Assembly: GCA_003697105.1 (NCBI GenBank)
Contig: RFFQ01000090.1
Span: 1 to 46,920, forward strand
Direction: 5' to 3'
Source: Gemmatimonadota bacterium
Lineage (GTDB): Bacteria; 4572-55; J002
DNA: 46,920 bases
Each line of letters opens with the position of its first letter. The first letter of the stretch is position 1. The notes under the pieces were generated by a model, which did no database searches, was not told where the DNA came from, and saw only the letters and a list, made by a program, of their open reading frames with translations. The position numbers and the translations under genes are program-made. Below are positions 37,660 to 46,920 of the stretch, in pieces.

Positions 37660-40600
37660 ATGTCACATCGCATCGTCATAAATGTCCTTCTTTATATTTC
37701 TCTGATATTCTCACCCGTCCTTTTTGCCGAAACCGCACAACAGGTGCTGGATCAAGCGCCTACCGGCTCGTATCTCATCCCCGGTACGCTTATTTTACAG
37801 TTGAATGAAATTCCAGCGACCGTGGAATCCCACGAAGGAATCATCCGCACCGGCATCGCACCAATTGACGCATTGAACGCCCAGTTTGGTGTGTATCATA
37901 TGGCACCGCTTTTCCCCTTAGACCCCACCGCACCAACCATTGGGCAGGAGCGTTTAGCTGGCTTTTACCGGATTCAGTTTCCGGCGGAGGTTGCCCTCGA
38001 TCCGGTGAAAACCGCTTACGAGCATCTGGCCGAAATCGATCAGGTGCAATTTGATGTTGCTTGCCCGGTCTATGAAACGCCCAATGATGGGTTTTTCGGT
38101 TCGCAGTGGGGCATGGTTCGTATCGATGCCCCAGCCGCCTGGGATGTGACGCATGGTAGCACTGCGGTGTCACTGGGGTCATGTGATACGGGGGTGGATT
38201 GGAATCACCCGGATTTGGGAGCCGACATCTGGCAAAACTTGGCGGAAGATGCCGATAATGATGGCCAAACCTTGATCTTTGAAGATGGCGAGTGGCAATA
38301 CGACCCGGACGACCTAAACAACACGGATGATGATGGCAACGGCTACATAGATGACTTAATCGGTTGGGATTGGGTCACCGGTGTGGATGGCGCACCCGGT
38401 GAAGATGATCAAAATCCCGATAATAATCCGATGGATTTTGACGGTCACGGAACCCATGTGGGCGGTATTCTGGGCGCCAGTACCAACAATGAAATTGGTG
38501 TTGCCGGAGTCGGCTACAATTGCCGCGTCATGTCACTGCGGATTGGCTGGCAAGACCCCAACGGTGGCGGATATGTGGGCATGTCCTTTGCCGCCCAAGC
38601 GATCCGCTACGCGACAAACCGAGGTGTTACCGCCATCAATTGCAGTTGGGGGTCATCTAACTCCGGCGGCTTGGGTGCCGCGGTGGATTATGCCGTGGCG
38701 AATGGTGTGTTGCTCGTAACGGCGGCGGGTAATGAAGGCTCGAACAATCCGTCGTATCTCAGCAGTCGGTCTGATGTGATGTCAGTTGCCGCCACCAATC
38801 AAGCCGATCAAAAAGCCGGTTTTTCCAACTATGGCTCGTGGGTGGATGTTTCGGCGCCGGGGGTCAATATCCGTAGTACCATGTTTAATAACCGGTATGA
38901 ATATCTTAGTGGCACCTCAATGGCGGCGCCCCATGTGGCAGGTCTGGCAGGTCTGGTTAAATCCCTCGCTCCTGATTGGGACGGGGCAGCGATTTTTGCA
39001 CAAATTGAGTCCACAACGGATAACATTGATGCGATCAATCCCGATTATGCCGGAATGCTGGGCAGTGGGCGTATCAACGCCTTTCGGGCGGTGGAAACAC
39101 TGGGCGTCTTTCCAGCGTTGGAGTTTGAACCTGAACAATTCACCGTTGAACTCCGGCAAGGGGATGCCCCGTCCGAGCAGATATTGACCTTGTGGAATGT
39201 GGGAGAAGCACCGTTGGAGTACGCCCTTTCCGATAATCGATTTTGGATTAATCTACCGGATGAGCCGGATGGCATCATTGAACCCGGTGAAAGTGAAGAG
39301 ATCGTCATCCGCATTGGCTACCAGCAATTAGAACCCGGCGATTATACAGGGCGCATCTTACTGGAAACCAATGACCCAGCACATGCTCAGGTGGAAATTC
39401 CGGTAACCTTAACCGTCACCGAACCGTCCATTGACCCCATTGCCGTGCATGTGCCCACGGGCTTGGTTGCCGCGCCGGGTACAACGGTGAATGTACCGGT
39501 CATTACGGCGCCGGTCTCGCCAGATTTAGAAGTGCTAGGGGTCCAAATCGAACTCACCTACGATCCGTCAGTCCTGCAAGCAACTGGTTTTAGTACAGAT
39601 GGGACATTGCTGGATGGGTGGATTATGAATTTCAACCCCAATGAGGCAGGTTTGGTAGTACTGAACGGCTTCAATCTCAATTCCTTGGCAGGTGAAGGTG
39701 TATTAGCCTTTCTCCAATTTGAGGTTATCGGAGAAATGGGTGCACAAAGTGTGCTCCATTTTCAGTCGTTTATGTACAACGAAGGTGAGCCGCCAGTTAT
39801 CACCCAGGATGGTGATCTTACCGTCGGGGCATTGCTGACGGTCTCTCTCCCCCCGCACGCTAGCGGGCAACCGGGTGAGTTCGTTAGACTACCGGTACAA
39901 ATCCATGAAGATGTCTCCGGAATGGGAATTTTTGCCTTCCAGATGGAGGTCAGCTATGATCCGGCAGTACTAGAATTGGTCAATTATCAGTCGGAAGGCA
40001 CCCTGACCGAAGGCTGGTTTATGAACCTGAATGCAGGCGAAGGCAATTTTATCCTAAACGGCTTTAGTGCAGAGGAGATGAGCGGCAGCGGTACCCTGAT
40101 TGAGCTGGAATTTGAGGTGGTGGGTAACGTGAATGATGAAACCAGCCTGCATTTTGAAGCGTTCCAGTTCAATGAAGGTGATCCGGCGGCACATACCCGG
40201 GATGGGCATTTTCGCATTCCGTTGAATGTCTTTTTACCCCCGGATGCGGCGGCGGGACCGGGTCAGACCATCCCTCTACCAGTGATGCTGGGCACCGATG
40301 TCACCGGTTTGGAAATCTTTGCCTTTGAATTGCGCATCCGCTTTGATGAAACGATTTTAAACCCAATAGGCGCCATCACCGCCGGTACCTTAACCGACGG
40401 TTGGACAATCGCCCAAAATCTTGAAAACCCGGGTGAATTCTATGTCAACGGATTTAATATCAGTGAGTTAGCCGGTCAAGGAGTGATGATCCTGCTCAAC
40501 ATGGAAGTTATCGGGGAGATCGATCAGGAGACCCCCCTCGAGTTCATTGAATTTATATTTAACGAAGGTGTTCCGGCAGCAGATACACACAACGGGCATT

Positions 40601-41724
40601 TTACGGTGCGCCAAGTGACCTTTTCGATTCGCGGCTCTGCCCATTACCGCGATGCGCCAGATCAACCGGTGGGGAATATCCATTTAACCTTGAGCGGCGA
40701 AACGGAATTTTCCACCGTAACAACTCCTGAAGGGGAATTTATCTTCACCGATATTCCCGGCGCGGATTATCTGCTAACCCCCGAAAAAACCGACGAGATC
40801 AACGGTATCAGCCCATTTGATGCCGCGCGAGTCGCACAATACGTGGCAGAATTATACGAATTTACCCCCTACCAACAACTGGCGGCAGATGTGACCGGTA
40901 ACGGGGAAATTTCCACTTACGATGCGGCACAGATTGCACTCTATAGCGCGGAACTGCCACACGCTTCTGTCACCGGTACGTGGACATTTGACCCGCTAAC
41001 CTACGCTTACCAACCTCTGGATGCGGATCAAATCGATCAGAATTTTACGACCATTTTGATGGGTGAAGTTTCTGGAAATTGGGCATCTTCAAGGGATAAA
41101 AGCGGATGGTTCAAAGGTGAAACGGCAAGTATCGAACGCCCGCAGGTGAACATCAAAATGGCACAAAATCGAGTACAACTGGTTGAAAATATGGACAATG
41201 TGATTGCATTTGAATTCATCATAGCGTCGGAGATCGATCCGGAAGTGCAACTGGCAGAAACGGTTCCGGCAGATTGGGTGTTACTGGCAAACCGCTTGGA
41301 TGTATCGCGCTGGTATGTAGGCGCATATGGAACGACGCCATTAACATCCCCCGATCTGCTACGCATAGGGAACGGAACACATCTGACCATTCTTTCCGGG
41401 CAAATCAATGAACAACCGGTTCGCTGGGTTGTCGGTCAGGAAACCCTGACGCCCCAAGCCTACGTCCTGCACCCAAACTATCCCAATCCCTTCAATCCCC
41501 AAACAACGATCCGGTTTGATCTGCCTTCCGCGGATCAGATCAGTCTGAATATTTATAATTTGAGTGGAAAATTAGTACAGCAAGTTATCCAAAATCAATA
41601 TTACTCCGCCGGATCGCACACAGTCGAATGGGACGCCAGCAATTTATCCTCCGGGGTGTATCTCTATCAACTGGAAACCCTCCACCACCAATCCCAAATC
41701 CGGCGCGCCGTGGTACTGAAGTAA
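37660..41724 (+). CDS. Secreted S8 (subtilisin-like) serine peptidase with BACON-like Ig domain, three cohesin-like domains, a dockerin-like domain and a C-terminal sorting domain
   Basis: ATG 37660 behind GGAGG; catalytic DTGVD / HGTHV / GTSMA; three ~128-aa repeats (Y/FDxxVL...GTLxxGW...NGF...G.GxL...EVxG...NEG); GISPFDAARVAQY...AADVTGNGEISTYDA; NYPNPFNP. Confidence 0.9.
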   Translation: MSHRIVINVLLYISLIFSPVLFAETAQQVLDQAPTGSYLIPGTLILQLNEIPATVESHEGIIRTGIAPIDALNAQFGVYHMAPLFPLDPTAPTIGQERLAGFYRIQFPAEVALDPVKTAYEHLAEIDQVQFDVACPVYETPNDGFFGSQWGMVRIDAPAAWDVTHGSTAVSLGSCDTGVDWNHPDLGADIWQNLAEDADNDGQTLIFEDGEWQYDPDDLNNTDDDGNGYIDDLIGWDWVTGVDGAPGEDDQNPDNNPMDFDGHGTHVGGILGASTNNEIGVAGVGYNCRVMSLRIGWQDPNGGGYVGMSFAAQAIRYATNRGVTAINCSWGSSNSGGLGAAVDYAVANGVLLVTAAGNEGSNNPSYLSSRSDVMSVAATNQADQKAGFSNYGSWVDVSAPGVNIRSTMFNNRYEYLSGTSMAAPHVAGLAGLVKSLAPDWDGAAIFAQIESTTDNIDAINPDYAGMLGSGRINAFRAVETLGVFPALEFEPEQFTVELRQGDAPSEQILTLWNVGEAPLEYALSDNRFWINLPDEPDGIIEPGESEEIVIRIGYQQLEPGDYTGRILLETNDPAHAQVEIPVTLTVTEPSIDPIAVHVPTGLVAAPGTTVNVPVITAPVSPDLEVLGVQIELTYDPSVLQATGFSTDGTLLDGWIMNFNPNEAGLVVLNGFNLNSLAGEGVLAFLQFEVIGEMGAQSVLHFQSFMYNEGEPPVITQDGDLTVGALLTVSLPPHASGQPGEFVRLPVQIHEDVSGMGIFAFQMEVSYDPAVLELVNYQSEGTLTEGWFMNLNAGEGNFILNGFSAEEMSGSGTLIELEFEVVGNVNDETSLHFEAFQFNEGDPAAHTRDGHFRIPLNVFLPPDAAAGPGQTIPLPVMLGTDVTGLEIFAFELRIRFDETILNPIGAITAGTLTDGWTIAQNLENPGEFYVNGFNISELAGQGVMILLNMEVIGEIDQETPLEFIEFIFNEGVPAADTHNGHFTVRQVTFSIRGSAHYRDAPDQPVGNIHLTLSGETEFSTVTTPEGEFIFTDIPGADYLLTPEKTDEINGISPFDAARVAQYVAELYEFTPYQQLAADVTGNGEISTYDAAQIALYSAELPHASVTGTWTFDPLTYAYQPLDADQIDQNFTTILMGEVSGNWASSRDKSGWFKGETASIERPQVNIKMAQNRVQLVENMDNVIAFEFIIASEIDPEVQLAETVPADWVLLANRLDVSRWYVGAYGTTPLTSPDLLRIGNGTHLTILSGQINEQPVRWVVGQETLTPQAYVLHPNYPNPFNPQTTIRFDLPSADQISLNIYNLSGKLVQQVIQNQYYSAGSHTVEWDASNLSSGVYLYQLETLHHQSQIRRAVVLK

Positions 41725-41728
41725 CATG

Positions 41729-41766
41729 AAAAAATCCCCCACGATGTTTTTACCTTGTGGGGGATT
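41729..41766. terminator. Hairpin after the S8 gene
   Basis: AATCCCCCAC...GTGGGGGATT; weak U-tract on the + strand. Confidence 0.55.
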
Positions 41767-41835
41767 GCATGATCTTTATAGGGTTGTGAAACGTAAGACG
41801 CCTTACTAAAATTATCCGTTTATAAAAAATTATCA

Positions 41836-41864
41836 TTGACATATTTTGATCTGTCTGGTAAGCT
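41836..41864 (+). promoter_or_regulatory. Sigma70-type promoter for the Calx-beta lipoprotein
   Basis: TTGACA (41836-41841), 17 bp spacer, TAAGCT (41859-41864) with TG extension. Confidence 0.55.
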
Positions 41865-41949
41865 GTTTATATCCTACGTTGACGCTACTCCACCCATTGA
41901 GGCTCACCGTTTTACCTTTTTCCACCCACTTTTGTTAGGAGGTTCACCC

Positions 41950-42384
41950 ATGCTACGCTCTATAACCGGTTTGGGGGTTTTACTGTTGGGACTGTTGGTG
42001 ATTTTCAGTTGTGACAGTGATGATGGCGGCGGTAGTACATCACCGGCATCAATTGAAGCAAATTTTAGTGTCGCTAGTGCCCGCGGTAGTGAATCTGTCG
42101 GGACAATTGCCGCTACCATCGAGTTCACGGAGACATTACCTGCAGAAACCACGCTTTTATTTTCGTACGCGGGGTCGGCGTTGAATACACAAGACTACCG
42201 ATTCCTTACCCCTAGCCCGATAACGGTCGTCTCTGGGCTATCTTCTTTTGATTTGCAGATTGAAATTTTGGAGGATACGGAGCAGGAAGCCGATGAAACA
42301 ATCGAACTCATGCTGGAAGGCGCGTCAGTCATCTCATTGGGGTCGCAGCGGACATTTACTTATACCATTGAGGACAACGATTGA
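41950..42384 (+). CDS. Lipoprotein with a single Calx-beta-like domain
   Basis: ATG 41950 behind AGGAGGT; lipobox IFSC; GSALNTQDY...ILEDTEQEADETIELML...TYTIEDND. Confidence 0.78.
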   Translation: MLRSITGLGVLLLGLLVIFSCDSDDGGGSTSPASIEANFSVASARGSESVGTIAATIEFTETLPAETTLLFSYAGSALNTQDYRFLTPSPITVVSGLSSFDLQIEILEDTEQEADETIELMLEGASVISLGSQRTFTYTIEDND

Positions 42385-42416
42385 TCTCCCTGTTTGCGGG
42401 CATCTATCCTCTCCCA

Positions 42417-42447
42417 GACCCTAAAGGTTTAGGTTGCCTTTAGGGTC
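42417..42447. repeat. REP-like palindrome, copy 2
   Basis: GACCCTAAAGG-TTTAGGTTG-CCTTTAGGGTC, 11-bp perfect arms. Confidence 0.65.
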
Positions 42448-42563
42448 GTTTCATTTATCCGCTTTATCCCTCTCAGGTGCAATGCCCTTTCAAAGTGCGA
42501 CGTACCTTGGCTCATAGACTCCTTTTTGGTGCGTTTCCCCGTTTATAAATAGGATAGTTTCAT

Positions 42564-43292
42564 TTATCCGGCATACGCTTTATCCTCTGCCGGCACAGTC
42601 TCCGAGAGGGGTTTAGATTTGCGGATATTGAACCGGTAGCCGGTGTAAATCAAGGTTAAGCCAATAAACTCTGTGACATACAGCACCTCCACGTAGCCCA
42701 TGCGGGTGAACGAGCCACCAATACCCGGTAGCAGTGCCCCGACGGCGATAAACACATTCCCAATAAAGCGATGGTAGGTCTCCGTATGCTTGCGGTAGTG
42801 AATTGCAGATGCCACTGCGCCACCCACCAGAAAAATAAAAGCGTAGGTGTTGATAAACGGGCTAAATAACCGCACCCATTGCCACGCCATGACCTTACCG
42901 CTCAACCGGTAGGACTCCACGAGGGTGGTGTTAATGGGTGTCAGCAACACAAACGTGGCGGCAACCGCAACAGCGAGCATCAATGCCCATGCCATGCGGG
43001 TCGCTGTGTGGCGGGGGAAAATCAGGTAAACCGTGCCTTGTGCTAACGGAGCCCCACCCAACAGCGCACCGGTAATATACCAACTGCGAAAGATCGCCTC
43101 ATTCCAACCAAAAAGGGTCACCCAGGATTCGGCAAACGTGCCGGCGCCGTACAGCAAGACGCCTGCACCCCACCAGAGCAGATGGGGTCCAGACCGCCGC
43201 TCATGGTAGCGTTTAAACAGAGCATAGGCAAATCCCAAGGCAAAAATCGTCGTGGCGATTGGGATATAATGCACAAAATGGGGTTGGGGCAT
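42564..43292 (-). CDS. Hypothetical integral membrane protein (about 7 TM)
   Basis: Seven hydrophobic segments; AAAGGA RBS; downstream of and co-oriented with hmuY. Confidence 0.75.
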   Translation of the reverse strand: MPQPHFVHYIPIATTIFALGFAYALFKRYHERRSGPHLLWWGAGVLLYGAGTFAESWVTLFGWNEAIFRSWYITGALLGGAPLAQGTVYLIFPRHTATRMAWALMLAVAVAATFVLLTPINTTLVESYRLSGKVMAWQWVRLFSPFINTYAFIFLVGGAVASAIHYRKHTETYHRFIGNVFIAVGALLPGIGGSFTRMGYVEVLYVTEFIGLTLIYTGYRFNIRKSKPLSETVPAEDKAYAG

Positions 43293-43309
43293 ATCATTCC
43301 TTTCATTAA

Positions 43310-43352
43310 AAACCTCGCGAAAACAACCTTACCGGTCATTCTCGCGAGGTTT
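43310..43352 (-). terminator. Hairpin between hmuY and the membrane protein gene
   Basis: AAACCTCGCGA...TCGCGAGGTTT 11-bp arms; short U-run on the minus strand. Confidence 0.55.
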
Positions 43353-43370
43353 ACGTGTGCTAAACCTTGT

Positions 43371-44324
43371 TTACGAGGCTAAAACATACTCAATTTTCAT
43401 ATAACCGGACTCATTGGTTTCTTCGTTGTAATAAGTCAGTACCCGAAATTTGGCACGGCTTCCATCTGCCAATTTAACGGCATAGGTATAGCCCCGGCTG
43501 GTGACAATGTGGGTTTCTCCGTCGTATTCAAACCATGTATCCCCGATGACGTATTCCGTTGCGGTATCCGTTTGGAAGGCACTTTCCGGCAACGTGGTGG
43601 GGTCCACCTCTTCAAACGTCTGATCGGTGATGGTAACCACACCGACGCCATCATTGAGCATGATACCGGGTAGATTCATATAACCGGCAAAACCGCCGTC
43701 TTCCACCCACAGCAAGATGATTCCCATTTTGATGTCCCATTGGCTGGGGACATCCACAAAAGCAAAATGCCCTTCATCGTTCACCAGACCCACTTCTGCT
43801 TGGTGCGTAGCACCAAACGTTGTGCCATCATACAAGGCATAACGGATCATAAACACCCCGTTGTCATAATCGTCAATTCGCATTTTGGCATGCGTGTCAC
43901 GGGTGGTTTTGATCACATAAACAATCCCTTTGGTACTTAGGGTATGGGTCATAAAATCATAATTGTACCAATTCCCGCCGGTGATTGAGGTATCCGGGTC
44001 ATCGGTGTACATGCCGGTATCGACACTGGTAACCGCATCAAAATCCGTCCCGGCTTCGTAAATTTGAACGTTGTCATTTAGGAAAAATTCAGGACTGCGG
44101 CTGATCTCCTTAAATTTCAGATCGAAGACATCATCATCGACCTGCACATAAGACGCATCCCGAAAATTAAAGTAAACCGAACCGTCTTTGATATTATTTG
44201 ACGTAAATGTTGGATTGGTTGTATCGCCCGGACCCACAATATCACCACCATCATCATCGTCACAAGCGATGAATCCAAAGGTAAGGGTGAGAGTGAATAA
44301 CAGCAAAAGTAAACGTTTTAACAT
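43371..44324 (-). CDS. hmuY: HmuY-family lipoprotein with two tandem HmuY-like domains
   Basis: Lipobox FIAC; two copies of F/WDL/IK...WY/FxYD..TH.....xYxxK....AKxRx..Y; AGGAGGT RBS; adjacent TonB-dependent receptor. Confidence 0.72.
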   Translation of the reverse strand: MLKRLLLLLFTLTLTFGFIACDDDDGGDIVGPGDTTNPTFTSNNIKDGSVYFNFRDASYVQVDDDVFDLKFKEISRSPEFFLNDNVQIYEAGTDFDAVTSVDTGMYTDDPDTSITGGNWYNYDFMTHTLSTKGIVYVIKTTRDTHAKMRIDDYDNGVFMIRYALYDGTTFGATHQAEVGLVNDEGHFAFVDVPSQWDIKMGIILLWVEDGGFAGYMNLPGIMLNDGVGVVTITDQTFEEVDPTTLPESAFQTDTATEYVIGDTWFEYDGETHIVTSRGYTYAVKLADGSRAKFRVLTYYNEETNESGYMKIEYVLAS

Positions 44325-44342
44325 GGTAAAACCTCCTGAAAA

Positions 44343-46592
44343 TTATTGAAAAATGAGATGAATTCCGGCGTATATATCGCGCCCTTTAATTTGACCAAAC
44401 GGAAAATGTTTTTCATCGGTAATGTTGTTGATGCCGCCATACAGCTCTACGGCAAGCGTGCCCCACGTGGATGGAATGCTCAACAGGTCTTTCTCCATTT
44501 TAGCATCCAGAATCACGTGAGCCGGTACACTGTTGTACTGAACCGCTTCATCCTCGGCGTAAATATCGACGTTTGTTTGCTCATCATAAACACGCTTTTC
44601 ATCATACCAACGTCCGCGAAAGTTGCCCCGCAACCCCCATTCAACGGACTGTAACACCGCTTTCCAATTCAGGGAATGCGGCACCCGGAACGCCAATTCA
44701 TTTCCGTTGCCATCTTCTGCCTTGGTATAAGCATATCCCAGATTGAGATCGAGCGTTTCAAACGGAAAATTCGTAAAAAACAACTTATAATTGGCATCCA
44801 GATTAATTCCACTGATGGTTGCGTTATCAATGTTATAATAGGACAATACCGCCCGTTCACCTTCGGACGATTTGGTGTAATATTCGATCAAATCTTCCAG
44901 ATCATTGTAGAAAAAGTTCGTGCGGAACCAAAGCCGGCTGTCAGCAAAATATTCAATCCCTAAATTGTAGCCATTTGATTTTTCAGGTTTTAGTCCCGGT
45001 GCCCCTTCCACTTTATAACCCACATTGGAGTTATCATAATCAATATAAAGCTCCTTAATACTGGGCTGGCGGAAACCACGCCCGTAAGATGCCCGTAAGC
45101 GTAAATTTTCCCGCAAGCGGTACATTAAACTCACTTTGGGGGCGAAAAAAGTACCGTAATCGGAGTTATCGGAGTAGCGCCCTCCCACCGCAAAGGTGTG
45201 ATTGGCATAACTCCACTCCTGCTCGGCGTAGATAACCCGGGTGCTGTAGTCCCGTTCGACCAAATCACCGGTTTCGGAAGGTTCACCGTTCTCATCCACC
45301 AGTCGATCCGACGCGACGGCTTCGATGATTTGTTCCACACCGACCGTCAGTAACGTCACCCGGTAGGGGGCAAAGGTGAGTTGTGCTTTGTAATTTTGGA
45401 ATGTCTCCTCGTTGACATTATCCTTCACTTGATACCCGCTGGGCGTAAATTCCTCAAAACCGTGCTCATTAAAGGAGTAATTGCCGCTCAACTTCAGAAC
45501 GGTCGTCGGCGTGAACCGGTGGGTGTAGGAGCCCAACAAACTGATTTTATCATTCGTGGCAATATCCCGCCAGACAACATCCGAACCACCTTCCAGCCAC
45601 ATGGACTCATCCTGATAAACATCTGCTTTCAACGAAACATTGACCCGCCGCCCGTGATCATAATCCAGTTTGAGGTTAAAATTGCGGCGATCCTGCTCCG
45701 GCAGTTCATGGAAGTTATCCTGCGTGTCATAGTCTATTTCATACTGCTTGTTGTAGCCACCGCTGGCGTAAAGTTTCAAGCTACGGTTGGAATCTCCTAA
45801 ATGGCGTATCGTCTTTGCTGCCGAAAAAATGTAATCTTGCCGCCCATAACTGCCAAACGTAATTTGCGAGGTAAACAGTGGGGCACGCTCCGCATCTTTG
45901 GTGATGATGTTGATCACACCCCCCATCGCTTCCGAGCCATAAATGGAGGAAATGGGACCCTTGACCACCTCGATCCGCTCAATTTGATGCACCGGAATTT
46001 GTCCCAGATCGACGGCGCCGTCCACCCGCCCGGTAATGCGTTCGCCATCCACAAGCACCAACACATGATTGTCATTAAGCCCGTTCAGTTGGGCACTTTG
46101 AGTCCGCCCGATACCGTAACTGATCTCCAAACCGGTCTGCTCGCGCATAATGTCCACCAGATTGGAACTCCCCACATCTTTAATCGATTGATTTGAAATG
46201 ACTTCCGTAATAACCGGTGTATCTTTCAGCAGATGCGTGATCAGTGATCCAGTGACCACCACTTCATCCATATCAAACACCAGTTCCGGCAAGTGGAGTT
46301 CATGAAAAGAAGTATTGCCCGCATGAACCGTGATATTTTCCAGATATTGCGTTTGATAACCGGTATATGATGCTTGCAGGGTGTACGTCCCCGGTGGAAT
46401 ATCGATAAGGGTAAATTCTCCCTGACGATTGGTGGTTGTTTGGTAGGTCGTCTCTTTTAACCAGACCGTCGCTCCCGGCAACGTCAGGTTCTCCGTGCCC
46501 AAGGTGATTTTACCGGTAATTTTCCCGCCATTCGCCCATGCCAAAACCGGAAAAAAGAGCGGGAAGATCAAAACTAACAGCCGATATTTCAT
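44343..46592 (-). CDS. TonB-dependent outer-membrane receptor (CirA/HmuR-like) with N-terminal carboxypeptidase-regulatory-like domain
   Basis: DEVVVTG TonB-box region; plug IERIEVVKGPISSIYGSEAMGGVINIITK; LRASYGRGFRQP; LKPEKS; GINNITD. Confidence 0.92.
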   Translation of the reverse strand: MKYRLLVLIFPLFFPVLAWANGGKITGKITLGTENLTLPGATVWLKETTYQTTTNRQGEFTLIDIPPGTYTLQASYTGYQTQYLENITVHAGNTSFHELHLPELVFDMDEVVVTGSLITHLLKDTPVITEVISNQSIKDVGSSNLVDIMREQTGLEISYGIGRTQSAQLNGLNDNHVLVLVDGERITGRVDGAVDLGQIPVHQIERIEVVKGPISSIYGSEAMGGVINIITKDAERAPLFTSQITFGSYGRQDYIFSAAKTIRHLGDSNRSLKLYASGGYNKQYEIDYDTQDNFHELPEQDRRNFNLKLDYDHGRRVNVSLKADVYQDESMWLEGGSDVVWRDIATNDKISLLGSYTHRFTPTTVLKLSGNYSFNEHGFEEFTPSGYQVKDNVNEETFQNYKAQLTFAPYRVTLLTVGVEQIIEAVASDRLVDENGEPSETGDLVERDYSTRVIYAEQEWSYANHTFAVGGRYSDNSDYGTFFAPKVSLMYRLRENLRLRASYGRGFRQPSIKELYIDYDNSNVGYKVEGAPGLKPEKSNGYNLGIEYFADSRLWFRTNFFYNDLEDLIEYYTKSSEGERAVLSYYNIDNATISGINLDANYKLFFTNFPFETLDLNLGYAYTKAEDGNGNELAFRVPHSLNWKAVLQSVEWGLRGNFRGRWYDEKRVYDEQTNVDIYAEDEAVQYNSVPAHVILDAKMEKDLLSIPSTWGTLAVELYGGINNITDEKHFPFGQIKGRDIYAGIHLIFQ

Positions 46593-46920
46593 GCATAAAC
46601 CTCATCATAATGATTGGAAAAGAGTTCGCTTTGCCGCTCTCCCTCACAAAGGTTGTGCCATTTTGGCTACATCCGGCAAAACAGAGGTGAAACTCCTATA
46701 TTATATTGATGGTATTAGAGTTAAGTGAATATTCCCCTCCGAGAGGGGTTTAAAAAACGACCAAAACATCCATTTATGACGCCCCCCGGTTTCAGAATGA
46801 AAAAGCCACTTTTCAGATTGAACTGAAAACTCTGGAAAACTCATGTTTTAAAATTGATAAAGGCGTTCATTTTCTCAAAGGCATGGTCGTCGATGTTATT
46901 TTGGATGCGGAATCGTTGCA

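Noticed and set aside
305-46728. The many short ORFs (about 60-200 aa) overlapping the called genes
   Set aside because: Antisense or alternate-frame shadows of well-supported CDSs, with no RBS or recognisable motifs.
46593-46760. Cobalamin riboswitch or Fur box upstream of the TonB receptor
   Set aside because: No B12-box or other riboswitch core motif recognised; only a half match to the Fur consensus (ATAATGATT near 46607).
46845-46920. Possible 3' end of a minus-strand gene (…QRFRIQNNIDDHAFEKMNAFINFKT*) at the window edge
   Set aside because: Too short, and other frames are also open; cannot be resolved inside the window.

Overview
Bacterial chromosomal window, standard code 11, about 45 densely packed genes, with no rRNA, tRNA, CRISPR array or intact mobile element seen. 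Three secreted proteins end in an 'NYPNPFN' FlgD-Ig/T9SS-type-A-like sorting domain. Together with a DUF3276/PUR domain, HmuY and a cohesin/dockerin S8 protease, this suggests an FCB-superphylum organism such as KSB1, Calditrichota or relatives (inference only). Housekeeping and transport blocks: dtd-maf-LVIVD-batB; 5'-nucleotidase; three-gene NAD(P) transhydrogenase; tandem tpx plus exported rhodanese and AhpD-like gene; hybrid histidine kinase; pstSCAB-phoU with a pho-box-like repeat; K+ channel; radical SAM; TonB receptor plus HmuY. The most notable signal is a minus-strand thiol/selenol redox operon at 34766-37400: trxA - DUF6132-like - ccmH-like - DUF1858-like - PDO - osmC-like - small ORF. 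It holds two in-frame UGA codons that the ORF track splits or misses, each followed by a bacterial-SECIS-like hairpin. One is in a lipoprotein protein-disulfide oxidoreductase (CESC...UPHC). The other is in an unannotated 63-aa single-pass membrane protein (GVPT-U-MGEAC), a candidate new selenoprotein. Other oddities: a membrane-anchored degenerate-HNH/PUR fusion coupled to an exported ankyrin protein, an EAD-like/TIR protein behind DUF1848, a 24-aa hydrophobic micro-ORF, a dispersed 29-bp palindrome, and a G-rich tandem repeat tract next to a probable gene remnant.
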